Positions 49,222 to 58,912 of a DNA stretch of 64,000 nucleotides are shown here, in pieces. The notes beneath the pieces are model-generated. The model did not search any database. It was given only the letters and a program-made list of their open reading frames with translations, and was not told the origin of the DNA. The DNA comes from a virus. The first letter of the stretch is position 1, and each line of letters opens with the position of its first letter. Location: positions 1 to 64,000 of the IMG/VR virus record IMGVR_UViG_3300022818_000051, one strand, 5' to 3'. Made by a program: the position numbers and the translations under genes.

Positions 49222-49617
49222 TTATTGCCGTTTATCATTCTGTATTTTTTCCCTTATTCTGTCCGCTTTTTGTTCGTCCGTTTCTTCTGCTGCCGTTCCT
49301 ATTCCAAATGCCGCCAATGCGCTTTTCAATTCTGCGCCTTGCATATATTCATGTTTCAGCCTGTTAGGATCAGGCGGTATTGTGTTCTTTTTTCTTAACC
49401 CTGACTTGTCGCACAGCATCACCGTTTGTTTTATTACAGAATCCACCCATCCGTACTTGTATTCCGTATATGGCGTTACCTGACCATACAGTGCTATTAT
49501 TATGTCTTGTCTTGCTCCAATTTTAGTTCTGCTACTATACTGGCGGAACTCTGAGTTTTTATCTTCGTTATCATCCTGCTGTTCTGCTCGAGGCAAAGCA
49601 TATTTTTCAAAAAAAAA
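49222..49617 (-). CDS. Tail assembly chaperone, -1 frameshift extension (gpT-like part)
   Basis: -1 frame ORF entered at T9 slippery run 49609-49617; ends just before TMP. Confidence 0.75.
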   Translation of the reverse strand, partial: FFFEKYALPRAEQQDDNEDKNSEFRQYSSRTKIGARQDIIIALYGQVTPYTEYKYGWVDSVIKQTVMLCDKSGLRKKNTIPPDPNRLKHEYMQGAELKSALAAFGIGTAAEETDEQKADRIREKIQNDKRQ

Positions 49618-49967
49618 CTTGCGTCCCACCGCTGCATACAGGCGTCCATCATCACCCCAATTTCCTGCTGGTTGTATTTTCTGTATAGATGTCTCCAATG
49701 TATCTGATGAAGCAGTGTTACACGAAAAAATCCATGCAGAACCATAAGCGATACGCATTTGCAGGCAAGACTTCTATTGGTCGAGAAATCGAATTTCACC
49801 CCACCGTCGGTTTTTTCAACATACGCTTTCGCTGCGTATCTGTCAAATCTATCCGCAACCTCGCTACCCATTGCACGTATCTTGAATTTCTTGTTTCTTA
49901 TGACGATTGTCACAGGTGTATTCTGGTCTAATTCGTCAAGAATAATATTGTCTTTTGTTGTTATCAT
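49500..49967 (-). CDS. Tail assembly chaperone (gpG-like)
   Basis: Between major tail and TMP genes; slippery site near 3' end. Confidence 0.8.
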   Translation of the reverse strand: MITTKDNIILDELDQNTPVTIVIRNKKFKIRAMGSEVADRFDRYAAKAYVEKTDGGVKFDFSTNRSLACKCVSLMVLHGFFRVTLLHQIHWRHLYRKYNQQEIGVMMDACMQRWDASFFLKNMLCLEQNSRMITKIKTQSSASIVAELKLEQDKT

Positions 49968-49986
49968 TTGGTGGTTTTATTGGTTT

Positions 49987-50027
49987 AAAGAAAAAAGGGG
50001 AAGGCGAATTTATCACCCACCCCTTTA
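49987..50027 (-). terminator. Probable terminator/attenuator after major tail gene
   Basis: AAAGGGG...CCCCTTT stem with T-tract on minus strand. Confidence 0.55.
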
Positions 50028-50048
50028 GATATTGCACACAAGTATCAA

Positions 50049-50648
50049 TTATGCAGTGTAAACCGCAGTTGCATTGTTGGAAACTATGAATGTATTTATG
50101 TTTGCAGTTTTTGGTATTTTCTGCGCAATAAATGACAACTTCACTCCAATTCCGCTATCCTGATCTACAGGAGTAGCAACACAAAGAGCCCTCGGGAATG
50201 TAACGGCCATATTCTTCTCCCTGTTCAACCATGATACAGGCAAGAATAACGTGTTTATTGCATCACCAAAGCCCACATGGGTCGCACCTGAATTCTGCCA
50301 CGTAGTGCCAGCAAGGGATGCGTCAGTAATAGCTGTGCCTTTTAGGAACTTAGTGGTGATAGCGGGATTCAACCCCATAACCACACATTCAAAAGAATAC
50401 GTTCCGTCTTCGGAATAGCTGTACACGACCGAGCCTTGTTCATTTTTCAAGGATTCGGTTGTCGGGGCATCCCCCGTGTATTTTACAGTTCCATTATACA
50501 GATTTCCAAGCGACATTCCATTCAGGAGTGTGCTCAGCTTAAGCCCCGCATACGAGGCATCAGGCACATTGTCAAAGACAACTACGTCTCCAACTCCGTT
50601 GAAAATACCCCCAAGGGAGGTATCAAGAACACCAATAGTATTTGCCAT
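50049..50648 (-). CDS. Major tail (tube) protein
   Basis: 199 aa beta-rich protein upstream of chaperones. Confidence 0.75.
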   Translation of the reverse strand: MANTIGVLDTSLGGIFNGVGDVVVFDNVPDASYAGLKLSTLLNGMSLGNLYNGTVKYTGDAPTTESLKNEQGSVVYSYSEDGTYSFECVVMGLNPAITTKFLKGTAITDASLAGTTWQNSGATHVGFGDAINTLFLPVSWLNREKNMAVTFPRALCVATPVDQDSGIGVKLSFIAQKIPKTANINTFIVSNNATAVYTA

Positions 50649-50659
50649 ATTTGTTAAGT

Positions 50660-51067
50660 TTAATAATTAATTTTTGTTAGAACATTAATGATTTTTGTGG
50701 AATAACCCTCCTGTATACTCTTGTTGTCATATACAAAAGGATATGGCGCAAGATGATAGGAAAATCTTCCAGATATTAGGGGCGTATTGAACAGGGTTTG
50801 AAACAATCCCAGTATATAGGATTCCTTGACCGCATTCGTTGCGCCGTTGATTAGCTTTACATATAATTCCACCATTAGCGTACACTCACCATTGCCACGT
50901 TTGCTTGCCGTAGTCCAGATACCACCGTTGCCCCTGATAACAATGAATTCATTTGGCAGTCCTGCGCTCGGCAGTGTGCCGTTGACGTATATGCCAATTG
51001 ATGAATCCCTTGCTTGTATAAGGGTTTTAAGAGGTGTTGCTGGGTCTATGTTAAGCTCTATTGCCAT
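50660..51067 (-). CDS. Putative tail terminator/completion protein
   Basis: Synteny and size. Confidence 0.55.
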   Translation of the reverse strand: MAIELNIDPATPLKTLIQARDSSIGIYVNGTLPSAGLPNEFIVIRGNGGIWTTASKRGNGECTLMVELYVKLINGATNAVKESYILGLFQTLFNTPLISGRFSYHLAPYPFVYDNKSIQEGYSTKIINVLTKINY

Positions 51068-51593
51068 AATGATATGTATTTACTGGTAATCTGTGTTTTG
51101 CACACTCGTTTGTGAACGCCTTTCTGACTTCAGGTATCAATCCTTCGCTCCACCAACCTCTTCCCCGCTTGTCTGTGCCACCGTCTCCGAGGCTTCTGTC
51201 TACCCATAATCCATATGGAAGCGCACAGAAAACAATCATAGAATATCCACCAATGACTGTTCCCGCTGCGGCACTAATAGCTTTTTCAAGTTCAGCACGC
51301 CCATTTACGGGATAACTTATGCCATGATAAATATAGGTTTTAGGAAGTGCGTTCTCTGCTGCGGGATTGTCTATCCATTGCACCAAGACACCATTTTCAT
51401 AAATGCCTATACCGATACTGTTGCTAAGGTTGTTAGTTTCGTTATGGAAATACCCCGGAGCAGCAATAAATTCAAACACGCTCCGTGCCACCACCGTAAA
51501 AATCTCGACCGCCACGCTGCTTCCTGAGCCACCTGTTCGGCCACCCAGTCTGCGTTGCAGCACGCCTTGATTATGTGCGGTATATACGCCCAT
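51051..51593 (-). CDS. Neck protein, HK97 gp10-like
   Basis: N.T.NL.NSIG..IY..G motif; synteny. Confidence 0.6.
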   Translation of the reverse strand: MGVYTAHNQGVLQRRLGGRTGGSGSSVAVEIFTVVARSVFEFIAAPGYFHNETNNLSNSIGIGIYENGVLVQWIDNPAAENALPKTYIYHGISYPVNGRAELEKAISAAAGTVIGGYSMIVFCALPYGLWVDRSLGDGGTDKRGRGWWSEGLIPEVRKAFTNECAKHRLPVNTYHYGNRA

Positions 51594-51938
51594 TTAAGTA
51601 TCCACCCCTTTCGTCAGATAGATGGTTATGCCCTCCATGCCCGGCCAAGAGCAGGGGTCGAAATCCTCGATCAATGCCCGTGTTATGCGGCCATTTTCGG
51701 ACACTACATCCACGTTGTCGTTTTTCCGCAGTACCACCGTACATGTTGGAATTATCACCTTATATTCTGCCATAAGCTGGACACCACGCAGCGCAGTGTT
51801 TCCGCTGCTGCCGATATTCAGCCCACATATCCCTGAGTAGACGGACGTAGACACATCTTCACCTGTACTTGGATTCACCGATGTTACTCGGTATATCGTA
51901 CAAGTATGCGGGTAGAAGAATGCGTCTTGGTCAGTCAT
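51594..51938 (-). CDS. Putative head closure/stopper protein
   Basis: YPHTCTIYR ... VYSG.C; synteny. Confidence 0.6.
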   Translation of the reverse strand: MTDQDAFFYPHTCTIYRVTSVNPSTGEDVSTSVYSGICGLNIGSSGNTALRGVQLMAEYKVIIPTCTVVLRKNDNVDVVSENGRITRALIEDFDPCSWPGMEGITIYLTKGVDT

Positions 51939-51944
51939 ATTCGG

Positions 51945-52304
51945 TTATTGCCAGTAAGGTGTTGCATCATATATTGCATTAATCTCTATATCCACTATGC
52001 CCCATTTGGCACGAAGGCGGGCTGCGATGGCTGACCATCTTACCTTATCGCCATCCGTTGCGGATATGGAACTTTCGGATATGCTGCGGTTGTCAATCTT
52101 CAGGGTGCTTCCGCCTCCCGAAGTGTATCCCGTAGCAGCATCGTACATCATGGCTTCCATTAGGTCACGAGTTTCCTCTGTGACCGAAAATGCCAATACA
52201 CCAGTAGATACATCGTAATACCCCAGCGCACGGTCGACCACTCTCGTAGGTAGCGTTTGGTTAGGGATTACCTGTAAATATTCGTCAATTGTCAGTGCTG
52301 CCAT
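51945..52304 (-). CDS. Putative head-tail adaptor
   Basis: Directly after capsid gene; A..L..KWG motif. Confidence 0.6.
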   Translation of the reverse strand: MAALTIDEYLQVIPNQTLPTRVVDRALGYYDVSTGVLAFSVTEETRDLMEAMMYDAATGYTSGGGSTLKIDNRSISESSISATDGDKVRWSAIAARLRAKWGIVDIEINAIYDATPYWQ

Positions 52305-52316
52305 GATGATATAGAA

Positions 52317-53471
52317 TTATACAACTACCAGTCTATAGAAATACTTAGGCTTATTGATGACAGGCAATACGGCTTGGTCAGTATTGAAGTACTGAACATT
52401 GGTATTGATGTCAGAATATACCCGCATAACCAGAGAACCGTTGAAGTATCTTGCGATAGTTCCAGAAGCAGGAAGAATAGGCAACACGTGCTTGATGGTT
52501 CCAGCATTTCCAGAAGGACGGAAGATAAGACGGTCAGCAGCGAAGGAGCGTATCTGTGTTTTCACAGGAGCCATCGTTGTTTTGCTCCATGTTTCTACAG
52601 CGGCGATGTGGTTGATAGGCTTGATGGTCGCCTTGATAATACGACCTAAAGCAGCCTGACGTGCATCAATATCCATATTCGTACCAACGGCAAGCGCACC
52701 TGCATCGGTTTGAATAGTGATTGAAGCATTGTATCCAACCTTTGTTATAACCTTTGAATGTCCAAGGACGTCTTCCAGTGTCAAAGAATCAACTTCTACG
52801 GTTACATCATTGACGCCAATATTATTCAACTGGCGAACTTTAGCCTGCATATCCGCAACAGGGTCAGATGTTGAACCTTCTGTGGTATGGGCTGCCGATG
52901 TCCACCATGCGGCGGTAGATGTCTTGGTAGTAGTATTAGCCACGGGTATCTGTGCTGAGAATGTGATATTCTGCAATCCACCGGGGTTGTTAGCTGCGGA
53001 GGTAGTCAGTTGCCCTAATGACATCATTTGATTTCTGAAATAGGATATACTATTCACATGTGCGCCCAGCATTGATTCCGCCTTGTCGTAAAGTTGCGAA
53101 ATGGCAACAGCGGCAGTAGAATTGGCTTGCATCATGGAAATAGCCATAAGGTCACGCACTTCCTTGGCATCGCGGGTAAACACCTTGCTCAGTGTCGGAA
53201 TTGTACCTGACAGTAAATCGAATCCTTCAGTAGAGCTTTCCTTGGCTTTAGAATCAGGATTAACAATAGTCGCCATACATGTAACCTTCAGTTCTTTTTG
53301 AAAGTCCTGATATGTATAGTTCATCATCGGGGCAACGTCAAAAGTGAAGTCATCCCATGATTTCACGTTATACTTATTGGCGAAATAGCCATCAATAAAC
53401 GCTTGGAAGTTTCCTCCCGAACCAAGAGCTGCTACCAGCAGGTCATGGTAATTTAGTCCAGTTTGGTGCAT
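52317..53471 (-). CDS. Major capsid protein
   Basis: 384 aa; lambda gpE-like features (SDP.AD, LPV...P); synteny. Confidence 0.8.
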   Translation of the reverse strand: MHQTGLNYHDLLVAALGSGGNFQAFIDGYFANKYNVKSWDDFTFDVAPMMNYTYQDFQKELKVTCMATIVNPDSKAKESSTEGFDLLSGTIPTLSKVFTRDAKEVRDLMAISMMQANSTAAVAISQLYDKAESMLGAHVNSISYFRNQMMSLGQLTTSAANNPGGLQNITFSAQIPVANTTTKTSTAAWWTSAAHTTEGSTSDPVADMQAKVRQLNNIGVNDVTVEVDSLTLEDVLGHSKVITKVGYNASITIQTDAGALAVGTNMDIDARQAALGRIIKATIKPINHIAAVETWSKTTMAPVKTQIRSFAADRLIFRPSGNAGTIKHVLPILPASGTIARYFNGSLVMRVYSDINTNVQYFNTDQAVLPVINKPKYFYRLVVV

Positions 53472-53474
53472 AGT

Positions 53475-54134
53475 TTATTCCCCCGTAAATTTAATCATTG
53501 GTAATGCGAGTTTGAAAGCTTCAGGGATAGGAGGAATCCTATCAACACGGATTTCGCCGTGAAAGATGGAAGCACCGGTAGCGGAAGTCGCTCCTGCGCC
53601 AATATACACGTCTCTACGAAGCAATCCTGTAGGAACAAGTTTGACAGTTTTACCTGTGCTTGTGCCATTGGCCTCAACGAAGATGTCGCCAGCAGTGGCT
53701 GCACCCCATGTACCCGCACTTACGGATACATCATAGAATCCAGTGGATACGTTCAATGCAACGTCAGCGGGAACAGTATAAGCTGTACCTGTAGCTGCAA
53801 CAGTGGCGGGTGCTTTGATAAGATAAACACCTGCGATGAGCGGCAGTGCTGAACCGAGAGCCTTAAAGCTGAGGGTAGTAGCAGATACGTCCCATGTGGT
53901 AGCAACTTCATAAGTCTTGAGTATTGTCAGGTCTCCACCCGGTGCGGAAAGGTTTACTGGTGTGCCGCATGGAATAGTCGTGCCAGCAGGATATTCTGTG
54001 GCAAAACTGGACACTACCTTAAACTTACCACCAGCTTCCTCGGTTCCATCATTGTCGATATGCTTCCAAATTGGAATAGTACCGCCATATGATTTCGTCT
54101 CAGAACCATAAACACCATAGTTATCTATGTTCAT
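53475..54134 (-). CDS. Head decoration/capsid-associated protein
   Basis: G..IP.GTPV and GLL..DV motifs; upstream of capsid gene. Confidence 0.65.
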   Translation of the reverse strand: MNIDNYGVYGSETKSYGGTIPIWKHIDNDGTEEAGGKFKVVSSFATEYPAGTTIPCGTPVNLSAPGGDLTILKTYEVATTWDVSATTLSFKALGSALPLIAGVYLIKAPATVAATGTAYTVPADVALNVSTGFYDVSVSAGTWGAATAGDIFVEANGTSTGKTVKLVPTGLLRRDVYIGAGATSATGASIFHGEIRVDRIPPIPEAFKLALPMIKFTGE

Positions 54135-54170
54135 TGGTTTTGTTTGTTAAGTTAATAATTAATAAAAAAA

Positions 54171-54857
54171 TCATTCATTGATAACACCGTCAGCAACTAA
54201 TTTAGCTTTTTGGGCTGCATAGAATTCGACGCTGCCTTCCCTTGCCCCACCTGCGCCTCCACCGTCAGCAGGAACATATGCACCTTCTGCACCAAATGCG
54301 GAAAGTAAATCATTGTATTCCTTGTCATACTCGACTGCCAATACATCGGCTGTCATGTCTGCGGTGATACGTGAATTCACTAACCCCCTTGCCTTATCCT
54401 GTACCGACTTCCATTTCGGGTCGGGTTTCTTTGCGGAGAATAAATTCTCGGCAGTTTGGATAAGTTGTTCGGTGCGGGTCTTGGTTTCGATGCCTGTAAT
54501 CTTTTGGATAACGGGGTTAAGCATATCCTCCATCATTTTCTTCATATCAGCCAATGGGTCGGGATTTCCAACTATCGGCGTGAATGGAGTAGGGGGTGTA
54601 GGAACGATGGGCTGCGGGTGAGCGGTTTCCCATTCCTTTACGAAATCCGAAGTATCCTTGATATGATTTCCATTCATGGAATCAAGCGTTTTAAATGCCG
54701 AAGCAGTAAAAGCAGCAAGTTCGGTTTCTTCAGTTGCGAATGGCATTAGGTTTTCCAATGTATCGCTGATGGTTCTGTCACTCAGTTTAAGGGTTTTTCC
54801 CTTTTTTGTAAATTGTGCCTTCAGGTCTTGAAGGACTTCTTGTGATGTGAATTTCAT
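54171..54857 (-). CDS. Putative capsid scaffolding protein
   Basis: LS.RTI...L, Pro-rich linker, helical body; first structural gene. Confidence 0.6.
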   Translation of the reverse strand: MKFTSQEVLQDLKAQFTKKGKTLKLSDRTISDTLENLMPFATEETELAAFTASAFKTLDSMNGNHIKDTSDFVKEWETAHPQPIVPTPPTPFTPIVGNPDPLADMKKMMEDMLNPVIQKITGIETKTRTEQLIQTAENLFSAKKPDPKWKSVQDKARGLVNSRITADMTADVLAVEYDKEYNDLLSAFGAEGAYVPADGGGAGGAREGSVEFYAAQKAKLVADGVINE

Positions 54858-54877
54858 AGGTTTTATGAGTTTTGGTT

Positions 54878-54927
54878 AAAAAAAATAAGCCCAAACTACA
54901 GGCGTGTTTCGCTTGTTGTCTGGACTC
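54878..54927 (-). terminator. Terminator-like hairpin in leader of the structural operon
   Basis: GAGTCCAGAC/GTTTGGGCTT stem (G-U pairs fix the strand) then A-T8. Confidence 0.65.
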
Positions 54928-55006
54928 GAAGGTCTCTGTGGCCTTATGGCCGTATATGTTGAAAATGACCATGCAGCAGTTCTTGTGGTATGCTACACGG
55001 TACTGT

Positions 55007-55183
55007 TTATTCTATATCACTTGCCTTTATCATGACTAAATTCATTTCTCCACAATGCCTGCAATACATTGATAACACAACCGTACCTGTTGCGGAAATA
55101 ACACATACTGGCAATTTCTTGCCACATTTGCATATTTCCTGACCTTTTGCGGTACGTTTTAGAATATCGTCTGTACGCTCCAT
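55007..55183 (-). CDS. Com-like zinc-ribbon protein (58 aa, not in ORF track)
   Basis: MERTDD...ICKCGKKL...MYCRHCGEMN. Confidence 0.6.
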   Translation of the reverse strand: MERTDDILKRTAKGQEICKCGKKLPVCVISATGTVVLSMYCRHCGEMNLVMIKASDIE

Positions 55184-55219
55184 TTTACAATATTAGTGTC
55201 CTACATAACTATTCGACCC

Positions 55220-55266
55220 CAAAGATAAGCATTATTTTATTATCTACCAAATATTTCGTATCTTTG
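55220..55266. promoter_or_regulatory. Overlapping divergent Bacteroidota-type promoters (late operon on -, terminase on +)
   Basis: Minus: TTTG(55251-48)-N20-TATCTTTG(55227-20); plus: TATCTTTG at 55259-66. Confidence 0.7.
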
Positions 55267-55289
55267 TCGTCAACTTCTATTTTACTTCT

Positions 55290-58070
55290 ATGCTACGATT
55301 AAAAAACCCACATGCGGAATGGCCTAAATTGTATCCGAAAGTTGAAAGATACGAAGGCACGATAAAAGATAAGGGATGGGTGAAAGTTGACGGAATTTTA
55401 CTTAGAGATAATATAGATTTAATACCCCAACTTGGTCTGCAAGAACAAGTTATGATGTCTGAGTGCGACCTTATATTTATGGCTGGGGCAGCTACTATGG
55501 GAAAAGAACAACCATATGACGCTGATATTATAACGCCTGATGGAATTAAAAAGATGGGAGACATAGTTATTGGGGATATTATTTCTGACGACAAAGGTTG
55601 TGCTCAACGGGTGTCTAATATTTTTGAACAAGGGGTAAAGGATTGTTTTCGTTTATATTTTGACGATGGGAGTTCCTGCGAATGTGGGGTAGACCACTTA
55701 TGGAAAATAAAAAAGACGGGTAATAAAAAATGGCACGAATGGGAGATAGTTAAATTCTCTGATATAAAAAAATGGATAGACTCCCCGCATAAAGGAGAGA
55801 ATATGTTTATCCCGCTATCTGATAAGGTTGAATTTAATAGCGAATCCAAATATCCAATAAAACCATACACATTAGGTGCTTTAATAGGAGACGGATGTCT
55901 GGTTTGTGGTGGAAGTCAAATTAGGCTTACTTCAGGCGACCCTGAAGTTCCTAATTATATAAAAGAGGACGGTTACGATGTTAGAAAATTAAATAACCCT
56001 AAAAACATAGAGTATAGTGTTCATGGATTGGATATATATAATAATTTGAAGATATTGGGATTAGCTGGGCTTAAATCCAATAAAAAATTTATACCAGACA
56101 TATATAAAAATAGTCCTATCAAAATCAGATTGTCTTTAATTCAAGGATTAATGGACACAGATGGATGTGTAGATAAGAATCATAGACTTAGATTTTACAC
56201 TATAAGCGAAAGGCTGGCTATTGATATTCAGTGGATTCTAAGGTCACTTGGCGCAAAGGCTTCCATTAGAACAAAAAAAGCCACCTATACCTATAAAGGT
56301 GAGAAAAAACAAGGGCAACTATGTTATTCTGTGTACATAAATTCTTCCGATAATGCTTCATTTTTGAGATTAAAAAGAAAAAAAGATAGATGCACGAGTA
56401 TTTTTAATGGCGGAAAATCTGATATAGGACGCAAGGTATTAAGGTATGGATACAGTGGAGTTAAAAAATGCCGATGTATAAAGGTGGATGGATATAGCCA
56501 TCTATACCTTACAAATGATTTTATAGTTACACACAATACCTTCTCTGGGTTTATGAAGGCACTACAAGGGTTAGGCAGAATAGGTTACACAGGTCGTTTA
56601 ATATCAAAAAGATTGCAGGACAGCAAGAAGGGAGGGTCAATCATCCGTGATGCTAAACAAGTTTTCGATGGATTCGCTGGTTGCGAATTTACATCAGGTG
56701 AATATCCTACCGCGTCTTGGAGCCAATGGAATTCCACGATACAATTAACTCACGCAAATTTCAATACCGACAACCCTTCAGAGTGGGAGGAATATAAAGA
56801 CTTCGCCAAGAAAGCTCAATCGGCCTACCAATATTGGGACGAACTCACTGAAATTAAGGACTTTAGGGTTTTCTCATACATGTTTTCAAGGAACAGGGAC
56901 GGGTCTGGGATGAGACCTTGCACTGTCGCATCCTTTAACCCAGAACACGAGCATTGGACTACAGATTTTTTAAGGCAAGCAGGATACATAGGGGATGACT
57001 GGTATGCTATACCCGAAAAATATAACACTGTAAAATATTTCGCAATACACGGTGACAGTATAAAAGATATTGTATTCGGAGATACCAGAGAAGATGTTGC
57101 GATAAAAGCCAATATTATACCAACAGAAGAAGAACTTGATTATGGGTTGACGGCTCTGGATATAGTAAAATCATTCACCTTCCTGTCAGGGTCAGCCATG
57201 AGTAATAAAATATTGGTCAACGCTACTGGCGGTGGGTCGATTGCCAATCTTTATAATGTAGGGGAAACGGAACGTAAAAAAATAAAGGAGGGATATTTTG
57301 GTGCGGATGGGAAAAGCGAACTTACCGTCACTACCAAAATGATTGCCAATTTATGGGAAAATCCTACCGATACATCTAAGGAGTTATTCGCCACAATGGA
57401 CGTGGCAAGTGGCGGAGGGCACATATTGGAGCAATCTGACGGGAAAGAAATAAAACACGATAACTGTACAATGTGGATATGGAGGGGATTGACGGCCATT
57501 GACATACAGGTATTTGAAGGCTCATTAAAAGAATTAGTTCCGTGGATTGAATCTACTCTTGCGAAATGGGGTATTCCTGTGCGCAATTTTGCATTTGATG
57601 CGGTTGCAATAGGATATTTTCTTGCGAGTTTCACGGATGGCATACCTATTGTTGGTAATTCACGGCCAATCCCCGAATATGATGCGGTTGGAAATCAGGT
57701 GTTGTTAGGGTCATACTTCAACCTGCGAACTCAATTAATGGCAAAAACGGCGATGCTGATTGCTACGGGGCAAATGAGCATATCTGTAGACAGGAATAGA
57801 TTATTACCACACGGGCACAATAAGACACCCAAAACGCTGTTTGACATAATGCAGGATGAAAAAAATGTATTCATTCTCGATAAAAAAAATACAAAAGACT
57901 ATTATAAGTCAAAAACAGAATATATGGATAGGTTTAAATCATCTCCTGACTACTTTGACCCATATATATATCGTGCGAGATTCGAGCTTGATGCAAGGCC
58001 AAGAAAAGAGGAAGATGTTGTTTATACGGCATTTGATTATGCGGGGCTATACTCTGGCTGGGGGCGATGA
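55290..58070 (+). CDS. terL: Terminase large subunit containing an intein
   Basis: Walker A AGAATMGK|T split by intein, Walker B YWDEL, SFNP, nuclease MDVA. Confidence 0.88.
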   Translation: MLRLKNPHAEWPKLYPKVERYEGTIKDKGWVKVDGILLRDNIDLIPQLGLQEQVMMSECDLIFMAGAATMGKEQPYDADIITPDGIKKMGDIVIGDIISDDKGCAQRVSNIFEQGVKDCFRLYFDDGSSCECGVDHLWKIKKTGNKKWHEWEIVKFSDIKKWIDSPHKGENMFIPLSDKVEFNSESKYPIKPYTLGALIGDGCLVCGGSQIRLTSGDPEVPNYIKEDGYDVRKLNNPKNIEYSVHGLDIYNNLKILGLAGLKSNKKFIPDIYKNSPIKIRLSLIQGLMDTDGCVDKNHRLRFYTISERLAIDIQWILRSLGAKASIRTKKATYTYKGEKKQGQLCYSVYINSSDNASFLRLKRKKDRCTSIFNGGKSDIGRKVLRYGYSGVKKCRCIKVDGYSHLYLTNDFIVTHNTFSGFMKALQGLGRIGYTGRLISKRLQDSKKGGSIIRDAKQVFDGFAGCEFTSGEYPTASWSQWNSTIQLTHANFNTDNPSEWEEYKDFAKKAQSAYQYWDELTEIKDFRVFSYMFSRNRDGSGMRPCTVASFNPEHEHWTTDFLRQAGYIGDDWYAIPEKYNTVKYFAIHGDSIKDIVFGDTREDVAIKANIIPTEEELDYGLTALDIVKSFTFLSGSAMSNKILVNATGGGSIANLYNVGETERKKIKEGYFGADGKSELTVTTKMIANLWENPTDTSKELFATMDVASGGGHILEQSDGKEIKHDNCTMWIWRGLTAIDIQVFEGSLKELVPWIESTLAKWGIPVRNFAFDAVAIGYFLASFTDGIPIVGNSRPIPEYDAVGNQVLLGSYFNLRTQLMAKTAMLIATGQMSISVDRNRLLPHGHNKTPKTLFDIMQDEKNVFILDKKNTKDYYKSKTEYMDRFKSSPDYFDPYIYRARFELDARPRKEEDVVYTAFDYAGLYSGWGR
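55506..56537 (+). mobile_element. Class 3 intein (344 aa) with LAGLIDADG homing endonuclease
   Basis: EQPYDA start, DHLW block B, LGALIGDG and IQGLMDTDG, CRCI block F, VTHN|T end. Confidence 0.88.
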
Positions 58071-58912
58071 CCGTGACCTTGCTTCCCGATGCCTTTAGTA
58101 AAAGCTTTTTCTATGTCCCATTTTTCGTCATACAATCTGTGATATACAGTATGATAAGGCATATTCAAAAATTCACACCACTGGGCTAATGTCTTTGTTT
58201 CTCCCTTGTACTTAATATTTAAGTTTCTTCTGGTGTTATTACACTGCTCCTTCATATTTATCCATCTGCAATTTCCGGGTGAGTAGTTTCCATTATTATC
58301 TCGTCTGTCGATTGTTAATAATTCTGAATATCCATTATTCATTGACCATTCGTTGAATTCCTCAAAACCGTTCCCCCTTGTCCATTCATCGCAAACTTCA
58401 ATCCCCCTACCTCCGTAATCACAATATTGTTTTAATTTTTTATAATAGCACCTACTCTTTAACCCAAGCCAAATATCATATATTCTACTTCTTGATAGCC
58501 CATGGGTAATGTTGGCTTTATTTAGCATCTCTAATGCGTAACATCCACAAGATGTTGTACCCCCACATACCAAACTCCCTCTACATACGGATGTTATTTG
58601 ATTTTTATCACAACTACATTTGCATAGCCAATACTGGTTACCCCTTTTTATATTATCTCTTCCTATGACTGTGAGCCTCCCAAATATCAACCCAGTTAAA
58701 TCTTTAGGATACCCTGAACTCCATTTTTCACATCCACAACTCGATGTATGTCCACTCCTGACATTATACCCATCCGCTACAATATGGTTCTTATCCTTGC
58801 AATCACATTCGCACTCCCAAAGCGCACGACCGCCCTTATCCCGTCCTGCAAGTCGCAATGCGGTAAGATGTCCAAATTTTTTACCAGTTAAATCATTCCT
58901 TAAACTTCCCAT
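58037..58912 (-). CDS. Free-standing HNH homing endonuclease, overlapping terL 3' end convergently
   Basis: DLTG..FG.LT, W.C.C.C, SCGC x2, YGGRGIEVCDEW, TIDRRDNNGNYSPGNCRW. Confidence 0.88.
   Translation of the reverse strand: MGSLRNDLTGKKFGHLTALRLAGRDKGGRALWECECDCKDKNHIVADGYNVRSGHTSSCGCEKWSSGYPKDLTGLIFGRLTVIGRDNIKRGNQYWLCKCSCDKNQITSVCRGSLVCGGTTSCGCYALEMLNKANITHGLSRSRIYDIWLGLKSRCYYKKLKQYCDYGGRGIEVCDEWTRGNGFEEFNEWSMNNGYSELLTIDRRDNNGNYSPGNCRWINMKEQCNNTRRNLNIKYKGETKTLAQWCEFLNMPYHTVYHRLYDEKWDIEKAFTKGIGKQGHGHRPQPEYSPA

Noticed and set aside
55211-55220. TTCGACCCC at the late promoter equals the loop sequence of HNH leader 2
   Set aside because: Overlaps the -7 box/TSS so is mostly untranscribed; a single short match is not enough to claim cross-talk.
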